A DNA stretch of 59,208 nucleotides, counting the filler, from Sphacelaria rigidula (taxonomy: Eukaryota): assembly GCA_964200075.2 (NCBI GenBank). It is 10 parts of 10 records of this genome, joined end to end, with 100 filler letters (N's around TTAATTAATTAA, not from the genome) between each part and the next. Parts side by side here need not be neighbours in the genome. Positions count along the whole stretch, not along the records: positions 11,863 to 17,693 come from CAXNAA020024120.1; positions 17,794 to 23,624 come from CAXNAA020024121.1; positions 23,725 to 29,555 come from CAXNAA020024122.1; 7 more parts are not named here. One strand, 5' to 3'. Positions within the stretch are counted from its first letter, which is position 1. Every line of letters begins with the position of its first letter. Of this stretch, positions 13,181 to 26,784 are shown one piece after another. The position numbers and the translations under genes are program-made. The notes beneath the pieces were generated by a model that made no database searches, was not told where the DNA came from, and worked only from the letters and a program-made list of their open reading frames with translations.

Positions 13181-13445
13181 TGGAGGCGGGCGGGGGAGCC
13201 GAGACACCTGTCGACCAGGCTGATGAGGTGGCAGGGCAGAGGTCGGCCACTCATACAGCCGCTACGAGGACATCGACAAAATGGCCACCCAACGGTGGTG
13301 TACTCGCGCGAGCTAGCGCAAGCTTGGCGTTAGGTGGCCATTTGGTATATGTCCCCTTTGCCGCTGTATGAGTGGCCGACTTCAGCCCTTCCGCCTCATC
13401 TTCAAACCAGGTCGACTGATGTCTCGGCTCCCCCGTTCGCCTCCA
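13181..13445. repeat. ~265-bp GC-rich imperfect inverted repeat (long hairpin)
   Basis: Arm tggaggcgggcgggggagccgagaca...tcggccactcatacagc...aaatggccacc pairs with ggtggccattt...gctgtatgagtggccga...tgtctcggctcccccgttcgcctcca. Confidence 0.85.
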
Positions 13446-15114
13446 AGTCTTCCTCGTAGTCTCGGGTGACCCTCGTGAACGAGCTGCCATCACCAGCCCT
13501 GTCGCGGACGTCCACGGCATCCGCTATCGCCCCACGTACGATCTTTGTCCCACGACTGCGTTCTCCAACCTTGGTCGTTGTGGGGCGGGGTGTCTAGTTC
13601 CGTTTCCTAAGACCCCAAGTTGGGCACCAACGCTTTGGGGTGGTTTACAACTCAGGGATTATTATGAAATTTTATGTTAATCCTGAGTTGCCGGCGACGT
13701 CTGTTCTCAGGGTTTCGTGTGCAGGGTTGAACTAGGGGGGTTCGTCATATCCTGGCCTCAAGTACCAACTTCATCGATTATCCCTGAGTTTTTCTGGCCT
13801 GTCCCCCCCCCAAACTCTCAACTTCACCGTAACACATGTTTGAGCGACTCGAAGGGTTGCTCGGCGTGTAGTGAGCGCTGGCGCTCTTCGTCGTGAACGG
13901 CTGCAACAACCGTAGGGGGCAACCGGGCGATCCATGATTGTATTTAATATCCGATCCACGGCAGTTGAGCTTGCAGCTCGAACTGCGGATCGCAAGGGGG
14001 CACATCCCATGCTTGACGGGTTCGTGTTTAATTCAGCATCTACGGCAGATTCTGTATAAACCCGCACAATCTATTTTCGCCTGCTGCAGGAGACAGTAGC
14101 TACTTCAGCGACATAAAACAGCTCATGAGCACATCTTGCCCACACAGAGACGCATCAGGTGTGGCTGAGATCAGCTTTTGGGAATCGATCGAATGGTGAC
14201 CGATCAGTATAAAAATATCCGTGACAGTCATGACACCGACCACGTGGCATTCGTAAGAGAAAATAATAGACCCTGAAAAGTTGGCCACGGTCCACACCCA
14301 CCTGATGAAAATAAATATAAACAAACCTTGGGTTTAAGCGTTAACAAACCATCCGCTTTTGGCCTATCCCTGAGTTCAGATTCCCCCCCCCCGAAACTCT
14401 CTGATATCCGAGATGAGGAGTTTAGACCCTGGATAACAGCACCATAAGAAGACGAACGTCTGTACACCCATCACGTGACTTTTCAAGTTTGTATAGACAG
14501 ATAGCACGGTGTTCCCGCCCCAATTTTGTACAGACCGGAATACAGCAGCAGTACAGGAGCTCAGGCAACGCACACCGCAGATAAAACCGTCCTTGCCGGG
14601 TGAAAACACACCACAGTACAGCGACAACGACGGCATAGAAAGTTATGGGTGTGGGCACGGCGCGCCGTGTTCGTTTTACAGAGGACGCAACAGCCAGCAC
14701 ATCATGACGCTTTCAACAGTGTGTGAATGGGACTGCGTATCGAATGCAATTTTCTGATCGACAGAGACAGCAGTACAAAAGTAGTCCGGGCAATCTGCAG
14801 CGCAGATCAAACTATGGTTCAAACGCACCACACTACAGTGTCGCCAACAGCACAGGAATGAACTCTTAATGAATTACAATCAAGATTAACTCAATTTAAG
14901 TTCTCGGGTTCGAAACCCTATGCAACTAAAAATATTCTTCGATGTCGCGTGGGTGCGGTCGGAAGAAAAGGAAAATACATAGAATTTGACTTCGATGTTG
15001 AGCACCGGGTGCGGTCGAAGTCTACCGGTTGAACTGAACAGCGTTGGTTACAGGGATAGCAACCCTGGGGTGAGTACTCGGGGTCATGCGGCCGACTCAC
15101 CGAACTTAGCTTTC

Positions 15115-15562
15115 AACACGGGATCTTATAAATTGGGGATGGATCTTTTATTGGGATGAGAAACCCGAAGAATTAAAATCTTCATATCCACACCAAATCT
15201 TCGAAATATGGTTCCATCTCTTCATCTACTGATAGCTATTGACAACTGCTACGCGCCAGTGAAATTTGGATTCCGATCACCGAAATGTTTGGGCCCTGGG
15301 TGAAAAACCCTTCTCGGAACCATTTTGGCGTCCGTTCGGAACGGACACCCGGAATTCGCCAAACTTGTTTTTTCACCTTGGACCTTAACATTTCGGTGAT
15401 CGAAATCCAAATTTAACTGGCGTGTAGCAGTTATCAAAAGCTATCAGTAGATGAAGAAATGGAACCATATTTCGAAGATTTGATGCGAGTACGCAGATTT
15501 TCCTTCTCTGGGTTTCTCATCGCCAGTATAAGGTCCATCCCCAATTTGCAAGATCCCGTGTT
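15115..15562. mobile_element. Foldback MITE family B, copy 2
   Basis: Termini AACACGGGATCTT...AAGATCCCGTGTT; highly similar to 10493-10936; flanks TTTC/TTTT. Confidence 0.9.
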
Positions 15563-15570
15563 TTTTTGTC

Positions 15571-15640
15571 AAGATACCTATTGACTGCTGGGCTAAACAG
15601 CCAGCGCTGGCTGTTGAGCTCAACAGTCAATAGGTATCTT
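15571..15640. repeat. 70-bp loopless near-perfect palindrome
   Basis: aagatacctattgactg...ccagc|gctgg...cagtcaataggtatctt; 3 mismatches over 35 bp. Confidence 0.9.
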
Positions 15641-17611
15641 AACATGAACAACAGTTTCGCAAGATTTAGAGTGTAGCCTTTGAGAGTCAGCTTTGGAAAG
15701 GAATGACACGTTATTGTATACATTTCCTTTCATGGGTGAAACACTATCATTTCTGAATGTCAGGTGTAGCGATGCCGATTCAACAGATAACCTACCCTAG
15801 TGGTCAAAGGGTTGTTTCGATGTTGCGGAAACCGTTCAGATCAAGTGTCATTAGCTTTACGAGTAATCATAAGAAATGATCAGTCTTGCTGAAGCAACAA
15901 TAAAACGACGGGAATGAGGATATCAACCATCTGGGCATTCCTATCATTAATGCGCCCCGGGTATATTGAGCAGGTTGTGATCACACGTCGCACAAAATGC
16001 CATGCATTCCAAAAATGCTCTTCCGATATATAGGTTGAATGCGAGTGTAGGTTAGTAACCCGTTGCAATTTCGAACAACCATATACTGGCGTTTGTTTAC
16101 CTTCGGATAATATATCCAACGAATAATTCTCGGAATACTGACCTCTTCATCCCCCAGAGATGGTGATCAGGGTCACGCAGTGACGTCTCAAGTGAAAATG
16201 ATGCCGATTCCACAAACGACTGAAAGACTTACTCTCAATGAAAGCTACACTATCAATCTAGCGAGAAGGTTCTGAATGATGGGTCTGGGCACGAAGCGCC
16301 TTGTTCGCTGTGCAAGACACAACAACACCCAACAAATACATCATGCCGTTTTTAAAAATTGACAAGACAACACAGCGTGCCGCCTACAATTATTACGTAG
16401 AGCCGTACACAACCGTTTGCGCAGCTGAGGCAACCCCATTATAGAGCGAACCGTCTCCGCAAAATGTGAACACACCACACCACAGTACAGTGACAGCTAC
16501 AGCACATGAGAGAGGGTGTGAGTGTGTTTGTGCTGCAGTACACTGAAACGTGACATGTCTCATATAGTAATTATGTACCCGTTTTGAACAGCTCCTCCAT
16601 TGTAGTCAGGGATTCAAAATGGGGTGTTCATTCAGATCAGATACCCCCTCGCTGACCAGATGTTATATTTACAGGGTAACTTTAGTTCAAATTGCTACTT
16701 TTCTCGCTCCATGAGATGCAGATTTTCACCTTCAACACCCTTTTCGCAAGATTGAGTGTCTAGCGTTTGATCGAGTGTGGCTTTTCAACAGGAAGACTTT
16801 TCCCCCAATTAATGGATGGAATACTACACGTCTGAATGTCGAGTGTACATGATGTCGATTTAACAAATCACCTGCCCTAGCGGCCAAAGGATAATACCAG
16901 TGACGTTGCAGAACACCGTTTGATGTGGAGTCGATATCTATACGACTGTTAACACAGAACGGCACGTTTTATTTAAATCAAAGGAAAAAACGGGAATGAC
17001 GATACCACCCATCGGTGAATACAGCAGACACAGATGCTTCGATTTCCGCGCAGGTTCAGTTGGAGCCAAGCGTGCCTAAGAAGCCTCCGATACGATGCCC
17101 AGACACGCACGCAAATTAACATTACTGATTAAACGGGGGGACGCAATGGTTCCCTGTAACACCACCTCGACATCTAGTGCTAAAATATGGGAGACCCCAG
17201 AGGGAGGGGGCGGGGGAATATATAGGGTATCCCTCGCCGCCAAACCTAATTTAAAAGCCACTACCAGCGTTTTCCCGGTCATATTACACCATTACATGGG
17301 GTTACGGGGGTCCTCCGCATGCAACAGGTGCCTCCTGCCCAACGCTAGCAGCTGGTTTTGGGTGATATGCTTCCCGTCCAAGCGCAGGACGTTCTCGATT
17401 TTTTCCTGGCAACCAGCATAGCGTAATGTGCAGACAAACGCGCGATCACAAACGACATGCTTATACAATGTTGAGGACACAAAATACTAACGACCTCATC
17501 TCTCGTTTTTTTTCCTGATCGGAAAATAGTGTAATGTGGTGCGATGAAGTGACATAGTGCAGAAAAGGCCGTGGGGGCACACGCGCTCGCGCAGGGGGTG
17601 GGGGGGGGGGG

Positions 17612-17680
17612 GGCGTACTCATGTGTTGCTTGCCTCAGTCGTGTGACCATTGACCACGCATCCCTTTCGAGACGGAGCAC
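17612..17680 (+). repeat. Dispersed GTACTC...GAGCAC repeat, subtype A, after a G-run at the contig end
   Basis: gggcgtactcatgtgttgcttgcctcagtcgtgtgaccattgaccacgcatccctttcgagacggagcac. Confidence 0.85.
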
Positions 17681-17793
17681 CGTTCCTACTCCTNNNNNNN
17701 NNNNNNNNNNNNNNNNNNNNNNNNNNNNNNNNNNNNNTTAATTAATTAANNNNNNNNNNNNNNNNNNNNNNNNNNNNNNNNNNNNNNNNNNNN

Positions 17794-20700
17794 CATCGTG
17801 TTCGTGATTCCAGCGTTTTGCTACTTCCTTGGCTGCCTCTTTTTTCGTTAGATCTACCAACGGGGCGATTACCTGTGCGAGATTCGGAATAAATTTTCTC
17901 ACAAAATTAATCGTCCCTAACACTGAACGTAATTTTTTTATCTTAGTTGGTGTGGGTAAATCTAAGATGGCCTTTACGCGGTCTTACCCATTTTTGATCC
18001 CGTCAGCGGACAAAGTGTAGCCAAGGTACTTGACCTCCTTAGGACCAAACTGTGCTTTAGAGGGCTTTAGGGTAACACCTGCTTTTTTCAGTGCTTCGAA
18101 CATGTCTTCCAGTAGAGTGAGGTGACTTTCCCATGTGGAGGAGCAGACGATCAAATCATTCATGTACACCAACAGACCGCTCCTGGCAAAGTGTGAGAAA
18201 GTAAGAGCCATTATTCGCGAGAAAATGAACGAGGAAGATGCCAGGCCGAACGGCAGCCTGTTGAAAACCCACTTACCTTTCTCTGTAACAAAGGCCGTAT
18301 TTTCTTTCTCCTCCTCCACTACTGGGATCTGATGGAACGCGCTCTGTACATCAAAGACAGAGATAAATTTTGCGCCTGCCACCGTATCTACATGACTTTC
18401 CAAATTAGGCATTGGCCATGACTTTCGCACAAGACTTTTATTGAGCATGGATCTGTAGTCAACACGAAATCGGGCGGTACCATCATGTTTAGCTACGATC
18501 GTCACTGCCGAGCCCCATGGGCTCGCTCTTTGTTCAATTATTCCATATTTTTCCATCTCCTATACACAGTTGCCGATGATTTCTTGAATTTTGGGGTTGG
18601 CTCTGTACGGGGCCCGATCGAGGGGCTTGGTGCCCGGGACAAGGGGAAAAGTTGCTTCCCAATTGTACAACAACCTAATTCTCGTTGTGACAGTGAGAGG
18701 ACGGACCTGTATTTGATGCATAGGTCGAGCACTTGGCTCTTCTGATTTTCAGAAAACGTGCTATCTTTAAATGCATTCTGGAGCGCTGTTGTAAGTTCTT
18801 CTCGGGCGTCAGTATTTTGCCGTTCAGCTTGTGAAACTGCACTGACGTTTTCCGTCGGCTTATTTATTTCATCTTGTGAAATTTCACCGGCGTTTCCCAT
18901 CGGGTCATTTTTTTCAACTTGTTGTGTGATGTGTCCCAAAAGTAAATTTCTTGGGAGTTGGACGTGTCGATTTGACGGATTTCTACTTACTTGCACCATA
19001 GCTATTTTGTTGACCGCTGACCAGGTGCAGGCTGTGCGTGCTACAACGAGGCGGCTAAAAGCATCCGGTACTTTGTTGGATTGGAGGTCTTCACTCGTTA
19101 CAATCCTTGGGTCAATGACCGCTTCAGTCGTAAATTTTGGCGGCTCATTTGTTTCGACCAGGAGGGCCATCTCACTTCGAGGCGGGACGGAGCATCTCTT
19201 TGAGAGATACACCGGTATATTTTCAGCCGATGCTACCTGTATCACATAACAATAACCATATTCTGAAAACTTCGGATGAACTTTTCTGTCTTTTCTTCGA
19301 TGAGTAGCTGTAAGGCGAACTGCTAAACTACGAAACGCCAGGGTTTCTGCCTGCCAATCGAGAATCCCGCCAAATGCGCTCATCACCGAATTCTCCATCA
19401 GCATGAGACCTGGCCCGAGATTCCTGAGGACAAATGGTTCGACGGGCAAGGTTATGTCACCCAGCGTGAGGTCAAAACGGATGAATCCCTTTATCGTGAT
19501 TGGTGAACCGTCAGCACTTCTTAGATCGATAGAACGCGATGGGACTGATTGAATGTCCTGCTCTCTCAAAGTAGGATGTGCACGAATCTACTTGAGACTG
19601 CCTATGGGAAGATCCGAAGCAGTATCAATGGTTATGGCCGGAACCTCCATTCCGTTGACTCTGGCGGGAACCTGCACTCTTACTGATGCAGGTCGTAACG
19701 TTGCCGGCTTCCTAGGGTAGCGGGCCAACGAAGACATGAAAAAAGGCTCGAATTCTGCCGAGCCTGGGGGCAAAAATTTGGATCTGTGCTTTTCATTATT
19801 TTATAGAGAGGTCTTGGTCACAAAAGCAGCTTGGGGCGCAATGTCCGGGTGGCGATGCTTCCCACGTAACATCTGATCTTGACCTGTTGTGTTCTCCACT
19901 TGCTCTTTTGTTCTAGCCTTTGCAACTGTAACCCCTTCCACATGTACTCTCTTACATGACCTCACAGAAGAAGCTACGCCTTGGCTAGCAAACCGCACAC
20001 GTTTCTTGCCCTTTCTATCTCCCACCAGAGGGTCGGCACCAATTTCGTGGTGCACAGTGTTTTCCCTCGATTTTCTGTACTTTTGCGTCACGCTTGCTAC
20101 CTTGAAAAATTCTCCGACAGATTACACGGTAGTTCCCCTTTTCGCTTGTACACGTGTCCCTTCGCTGAGCGAGGGCCCCTGCTCTGGGCAACATCAAACA
20201 CCTAAAGCTAACAGCTGCTCTTTATGCTTCTTTGCCAGTTGACAGTCTTCTATGGAGTGATTGTGTTTGAACCTGCATGGTTTGTATGTGCAACGCTCGC
20301 TTTTCTTCATATTTTCTACTCCCTCTACTCTCTGATGACCGACTACGTTTCGCGGTCTCACTGGCAGAAGGTGATGGGCCCGTTTTGTCCCCGGGGTGTG
20401 AAGAAAGTTTTTTCGATCTTCCTCGGTCTCCGCCAGCCCACCGCTTCTCTCTTAACAATTTTTCAATTTGCTGCTCTTGATCGGCGACTGTTTCCGCGAG
20501 CTGAGAGGAGTTGTGCATGGCGAGAGATGAAACTTGGGTCGGAGAGAGATTGGAAATTTCTGGCTGAGTCCCGCGCAGATTGTTGGTTTCGTGTTTTTTG
20601 GCGCGGGCTCTTGCAACCTGAAAGCTTTGAGTTGGATCTTCGCGTACGGTTTCACCCCTGATATGTTGCGGTAATCCTGCTTCAAAAGCAGCCGTCTGGC

Positions 20701-22460
20701 TGGCTTCCCGTGCGAAGCTAACTGGGTCCCTATCATGTGGCGTGACTCGTGCGGCTTCTGCGTAAAAACGAGAGTGTGCTTTGGACACTTCTAGCGCGTA
20801 GGAGTCTACAGTGTGGTGGTCCTTAAATTTGAGCTCCGCTATAGCCCGGGCGAGGATTGCAATGCGATCAGGTGGAGAGTATAAAGTCGTATAAGCATCG
20901 ACCCACTCGTCCCATGATGCGGGGGCCCTGGTAGATACTTCACCTCCTTGTGCCCGAAGGGCTTCGAGATTCGCCTCTGTCCGCCATTCTAAGGTACCGG
21001 TTACGAGATCCGTGTACGCGTCGAGAGCTGTGTCCCTCCGTAAGAGCTATAAATGCTTGATGCATCAGCGATCGATTTCCTCTCGCGTGCATTGGTCCTG
21101 TGAGTTAATTTCAACTCGGGACCGGTACTGTCGCATTATCGTTGGAATGTCTTCGGTTGGTAGTCCTCTCAAAACCATGTTAGAACCGAGATCGTTTTGT
21201 TTTAGCGTGAATCGAGGAGTGTGTACTATATTGTCGATAGCACTTGATCGATTCTGGTTTTCATGCGAGGGGGTCAAATTTGGTACCCCTTGGGGTGAAA
21301 ATTTTCCGCCAGGCACGTGAGGTAATTAATGCCTGAGGACTACTGATCACCTGTTGGTTCGTAGGAGGTGCGTAACCTACGTTGCTCGGGTGAACCTGGG
21401 CGGAAGTCAGCGAGGTTTGAGAGTTTGTGTCGGGCGAATGATTTGGTGCAGTGACTTGATCTACTACATTATTAGTCGCCCGGGACAATCGAGGTGGCGT
21501 GGTTGGTGCCTGTACACTACGAGAGCTTGGCGGCGTCGTGTCAATAGGTGCATGATCACCGCGACGTAGATGTACCGAACTACCCCTCACTACTTCTACC
21601 TCCAAGTTTGGCTGTTCTACTGCCGCCCCATTGTTCACCTGGTGTACTTGCTGGACTTGAACTTAGAGTGACGTAACTAATCACTTGGCCACAGTACGGG
21701 CGCCCTTTCGTACCGGACAGTGACCGAAACACTCAAACGGGCCTAACTCGCCGCCAACGACTCCGATTCCCACAAACCGGGTATCACGTGAAAGCTCTCG
21801 TCCAGACGCGTCGTTTGGTACCAGACATATACATCTTGAGGGGAGTCCAGCATCCCCAGCGCTCGCAAAGCCTACTCAGGAGGGTCCGTCCCCTTGTCGA
21901 AGTGTTGCTCCATTGTTTTCAAGGCTACCTTTAGAGCTGCCTCTTTGATGTGTTCCGGTACTGGATCGGAAAACGTGACGGCTTTCGATGAGGAAGTCCT
22001 GCCCACGTTTTCGGGATCCGTGTCGCCGAGGCCAGAGCTGCTTTTATCCTCCTCGCGGAAGAGAGAAAAGCGGTTGCCGCGGTCGCTGGGAGCGTTGCCG
22101 GCCTGGGAGCGTTTTTTTCCCTCAGGGTCGCTCGCCCTCTTCTTGCCTTCGTCGGATTTTTTCTCTGAGGGGGACGAAGAAACCCCAGGCTTGGACGAGG
22201 ACGGGGGCGCGGCTGGCGTGGACGACGAGGAGGTCGCGGGCGAGGCAGCTGATTTTTCCGGGGCCGGTGCCTGTGCTACTTGAGCAAACGTCGGCTGGGC
22301 AGAGGACGACGAAGACGCGCCTGCCCCTGCGCCCGTTGACCCGCCGCTGCTGCTTCAGCTGTTTTTGTTGCTGTTCCTCCCCATGATGAATGATGTATAA
22401 CGGGGTAGAAAAGAAAAAATCCGAGGGTCTCGCACACTTGTCTGAAACTGGTGTTCGCCA
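17794..22460 (-). mobile_element. Degenerate Ty3/Gypsy LTR retrotransposon (5' ORF/gag, protease, RT), cut by the contig end
   Basis: RT 17984-18556 (SPWGSAVTIVAKHDG..RFRVDYR, FDVQSAFHQIP, LPFGL, YMNDLIV); RT thumb LGTINFVRKFIPNLA (~17800-17923); protease ITIDTASD (~19620); gag remnants 20222-21640. Stops and frameshifts throughout. Confidence 0.92.
17984..18556 (-). pseudogene. Gypsy reverse transcriptase domain (YxDD mutated to YMND, frameshifted)
   Basis: Canonical Ty3/Gypsy RT motifs in the 190-aa ORF. Confidence 0.9.
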
Positions 22461-25400
22461 ATGTGGAAGTCGTGAGACTTCCGGTGACGGTAGAAACCGT
22501 CGAAGGTGGCCGATTATTTCCCTCGGGTTATGTAGTCAAGGATCGACCGTAAGTCGTGGGATTGAGGCAAAGCGGATCACTCGGGAAAGCTCGACGAGCG
22601 CGAGCAAGTTAGCCCGATGACGAAGTCTGAGAGTCTTGGTCAAGAGTGATCCCCAGATATTGTCAGCAGTTCGCTGGGAAGATCCCTGTTACCTTGGGGT
22701 CCCAGATCCGGCTGTACAGATATGGAAGTTTCGGGGCTCCTGCGAACTTACCCCTGTAACAGTCGTTCACTAGGTTACACGTCATAAAAGGAAATCTCTC
22801 CGCACATGCCCAATGGCGATCTCCACAATACGTTTTTTTATCAATTATCTGTGCGGATTACACAATTTTGTTGATTCCTAAGACTCAAATCTTCGTGATC
22901 GCTACGGGCGAAGAAACAACTCATCATCATGTTGCGAAAGCTATCGTTCGACAGAATGGCACAACTTCCAGAACATCTTCGTGAAGAGATTGAAAAAAGA
23001 ACGCCACAGTAACGGGTGTGAATGGAGGACATAACGGCCAAAAAAACATGCAGGAAAAAAGTAAAAAACGAAAAACGCGGAGGAATAATAACAATAAACA
23101 CGTCATGAGCTGGCCCGACCTGTGCCGAATAGAGCAAGCACACGCTTCATCTAATGAACTTGATTTAGTGTGCGACACTTTTAGCACTTTCATCGCGTTT
23201 TTCTCGACACAGGGAAGAAGCCGACCTGTGGCACTTTACAGCTCCCCGTACACACACGAAAGTTAGGGGATCAAAAAGATATTTGCTCAGATCGCCACAG
23301 CGGACCCGCAGTGCCCCAAAACCTGAAAAAATGAACACCCATTATTAGAACATGTTGGTTTGGTGCGATGTTTGTGTCACACAATAAGAAATCCTTCATG
23401 TTCCCTAGTTTGTGTGTGTGCAGCAAACCACAGTCTAATCCTCGGGTTGCTCCATTTTACAAGACTGACCACTACGGTGGGTACTGGCTGCCCGCCGGAG
23501 GCGCCCCGCCGGAGGCGTGTTTTTACGCGATTTGGCTTCACTAGAAGATATTTTTGTGGAAATTTTGGGCCACTCTGATGCTGCCCGACTCGGGTATAAA
23601 TAGTAAGTACATGGAAACACTTTGNNNNNNNNNNNNNNNNNNNNNNNNNNNNNNNNNNNNNNNNNNNNTTAATTAATTAANNNNNNNNNNNNNNNNNNNN
23701 NNNNNNNNNNNNNNNNNNNNNNNNTTGCTTGCCTTAGTCATTTGATCATTGACCACGCATCCCTTTCGAGACGGAGCACCGCCCGAGGGGGGGGGGGGGT
23801 TATCGCAGGACATGGGATCCGTGCGCTCCCACTTTTTTCCCTGTGGCGTAGAGTAACAAGAGTGCCCACCCGACTTACTTCTCTCCAATCTTCGAAGTAC
23901 TGAATATGACGCGTCACGGGTTCACCTCCACAGGTCACTTCTTCCGAACAGGAGCTTGTCTTCGGTACTTCAACTAAAAAACGTTCGCAAGTCGGGTTGC
24001 CCACTTGAACCTCATCTCGGAGTTAAACCTCGATTCGCACAATTTGCTGTTAATGGGTGCAATAGACGACACTGTACGCAGTACGCTTTTCGACTGTGTA
24101 TTCCGTTGTCAAGGGTATGGTACTTTCCGAGTATTTCCTCATGCTGTCTCTTCGATCACCCATTTATGGGAACTCCTTCAAGATCTTGAAATTGTAAAGA
24201 GATCGAAGAGGGCGGGCAGGAGGGGGGTAAGATATCCTCCATATTGTACGAGCTTGGCCACCTGACCACAATATATATGCGAATGTATCCGGGCTGAGCA
24301 GTGGGTAATGCAAAGCGTTGGGCGCTGAAATTTCGACAAAACGTTTATATCGTCACTACACACAACCCTCCCGGGGATGCCAAGAAAAAAAAACAGAAAG
24401 TTGGAGCAATTCAAAGTTCCTGCAAAAACTAGAAAAACGCTGTAACTCTGTGAAAATAAAGAAATACTGGGGAATTCCTTGTGTAGTTGTGCATTTTTGT
24501 GTGGAAGAAATCCTGGTACAATTTCGGCCAAAAATTAAAAAAATGGCACAGCATCCAACTTCGTGCGGCACGGCTGCACTCCTTCAATCCAAGTGATGCA
24601 GTGTAGACTCCAGTTATAGAGGACGCGAGTTCGAATCCCGACGGATCCCTTTTTTTGTTTGTCCCGTCGGTTAGGTGCTACATATGCAGTACATTCCTTT
24701 TTCATTTTCTTTCTGTCAGCGGTGGTCCCGTGCGTCACCACGTTGGTCTACAGGTCACATCGATATGCTCAAGCCGGGCTGATTCGGTAAACTTGCCAAG
24801 TTCATGTTGTGACATGCAAATGCGGGATTTACTGCTGGCTCAGTTCGTACGGGAAATGGGTGTTGCACAATTCTAAAACTGGCGACGAGCGCGGAAACGA
24901 ATCGTTATTTCCTGGAGGTGCTGCTACTGCGGTTGACGTGCCCCCTTCCCACCATGGTGAAAGTACTGCAATACGATCACCTCTACTACTACGCACAAGT
25001 AACAATTTCCTCAAAAGGTGCCATGACAAGAGCTTCGTAGCGTTGCTTTCCTCGACACACGTTGTTCCTCGCAGGGTCGTTCCATGGCTTGAGAGTGTCT
25101 TTCTCCAAAATCCATCGTTTCGAGACTCTTCGAATTCCAAATCCTCGATGCCACTATTTTACACTCTCCGTACAACTCTTCTCCAGTCATTGTGTGTATT
25201 ATTGCTGTAAGGGAGACAATCCATCCATAGAACCACTCCTCGGACGAAGAAGGATGAGCTGTACAAAATCATGCCCACACATACATGGCTCAAAGCTGCG
25301 CAAAACGTCAAAGTCTTACAGTTCTTCATGACTTTTGTTCATGACTGTCCGACTCATCAAGATAAGTACGTGTCGCCAACGACCGTGACTGGTGTGTCAC

Positions 25401-26625
25401 GCTGACCGAGAATCAAGAAAATACAAGGAACAATGACGGGAGCACTCAACAACCAACGCAATCATGAGGAACACGGACGTGCAGCCAAGGTACATGCGAT
25501 TTTGCTGGAACAGCACAACCCATGTCATTCAACTTGATGGCAACCAATACACGTTTTAAAGTGCTCTGTTGTACAAGTGCAGTACGCATATTCACTACAT
25601 CCGTGTACCACGCACAGCTCTGGAAATATTCGCACTCTTTGCCCCTACGCACGGGCGGCAGATTGCAGGGGTTTAGTAAGCTTACTCGGCACACCACATC
25701 TCGACGCGTGCATCTCCGCTGTGATAGGACGCAGCCTTTTCTCGCAGCTACCCGACCACTACGGGCAATACTGCAAGCTATATCACATTCAAAATTGCCC
25801 AAGAAACTTGCCGAAGCTTGGGCCCATGAATCTGGTCTCGAAAATTTAAACTAACTTGCAAGCAAGCATCCGACATATCTAACGAAATACATGTGAAGCG
25901 ATTTCGGGCGCAAGACCACGTGAGTTACCTACGCATCCGACGTCTGAACTACGCGACGCGCTGGCTTGCCGATTTTGATTAAATAATGTTCAACCAAATG
26001 TCCACTGCCACGTGGTGTCCGCTGGGTATGGCAAGGAAGTGGTTGCCCCCAACATGCCATAGATTATTGAAGGGGACAACAACTCTCTGGTGATCAAATG
26101 GCCGGCCGCAATTTTTCTCGAGACGATGATAGTGATAGTGGAACTTACAATAGATGGAGGTGAAGGACCTGTCGACAGAGAACGTGGTCTCCGTCGAAAA
26201 AAATATACAACCCTGGGGGCAATTTGGTACCAATGGCATCTTTGCGTTCGCGAAAAAGGACACTACAACACGCGAAAAAGCGGAAGAACAAAAAAAGTTA
26301 CGTATTGCTGGCGAAGGAGCACCTGCGCACGAAATTCATCCGTTTATGCGATACACGGGCAGTCCACACTGCACACATTGGGGTCACTCAAAAAGAGCCC
26401 CCTATAAGTCCAAGACAAGACACACCTGTTGGTTCGTCCTTCTGTTTCTACGACCGGATGTCCATATCGTTACGGGAGCAACAGCGAAACGCGTCGCGTC
26501 GAACACAAGGCACAGCGTATCAAAAACTATGAGAAATGAAAAAAGCCAGGTGTTGGGGAAAAGCAACAACAGCTCACTACAGTAGCGATCAACACGAACG
26601 TCTAGGACGAGACTTCTCATTTCTT

Positions 26626-26784
26626 TCAGACAGATGGTGCACTTCCATCACCATCCGAAAGCCAAGCCTTGACAGTCTCGTAGGTTGTCCACGATATCGC
26701 TACTGAGGGCATGTGCACCAGTAAGCGCGGTAAAGCCCCTCGGAAAAAGCCGGACGCCCCCTCTGCCGCATTGATCTGTCGAGC
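26626..26784 (-). CDS. MFRN: Last exon of a mitoferrin-type mitochondrial carrier (SLC25A28/37, Mrs3/4-like)
   Basis: ttccag|GCT acceptor in phase 0; ARQINAAEGASGFFRGALPRLLVHMPSVAISWTTYETVK...stop is a typical mitoferrin helix 6 region. Confidence 0.88.
   Translation of the reverse strand, partial: ARQINAAEGASGFFRGALPRLLVHMPSVAISWTTYETVKAWLSDGDGSAPSV

Noticed and set aside
21894..22386. Plus-strand ORFs as host genes
   Set aside because: Antisense shadows of the low-complexity 5' ORF of the minus-strand Gypsy element.
24575..24660. tRNA gene (B-box GAGTTCGAATCC followed by a T-run)
   Set aside because: No convincing A box, D arm or acceptor stem; more likely a decayed tRNA-derived repeat.
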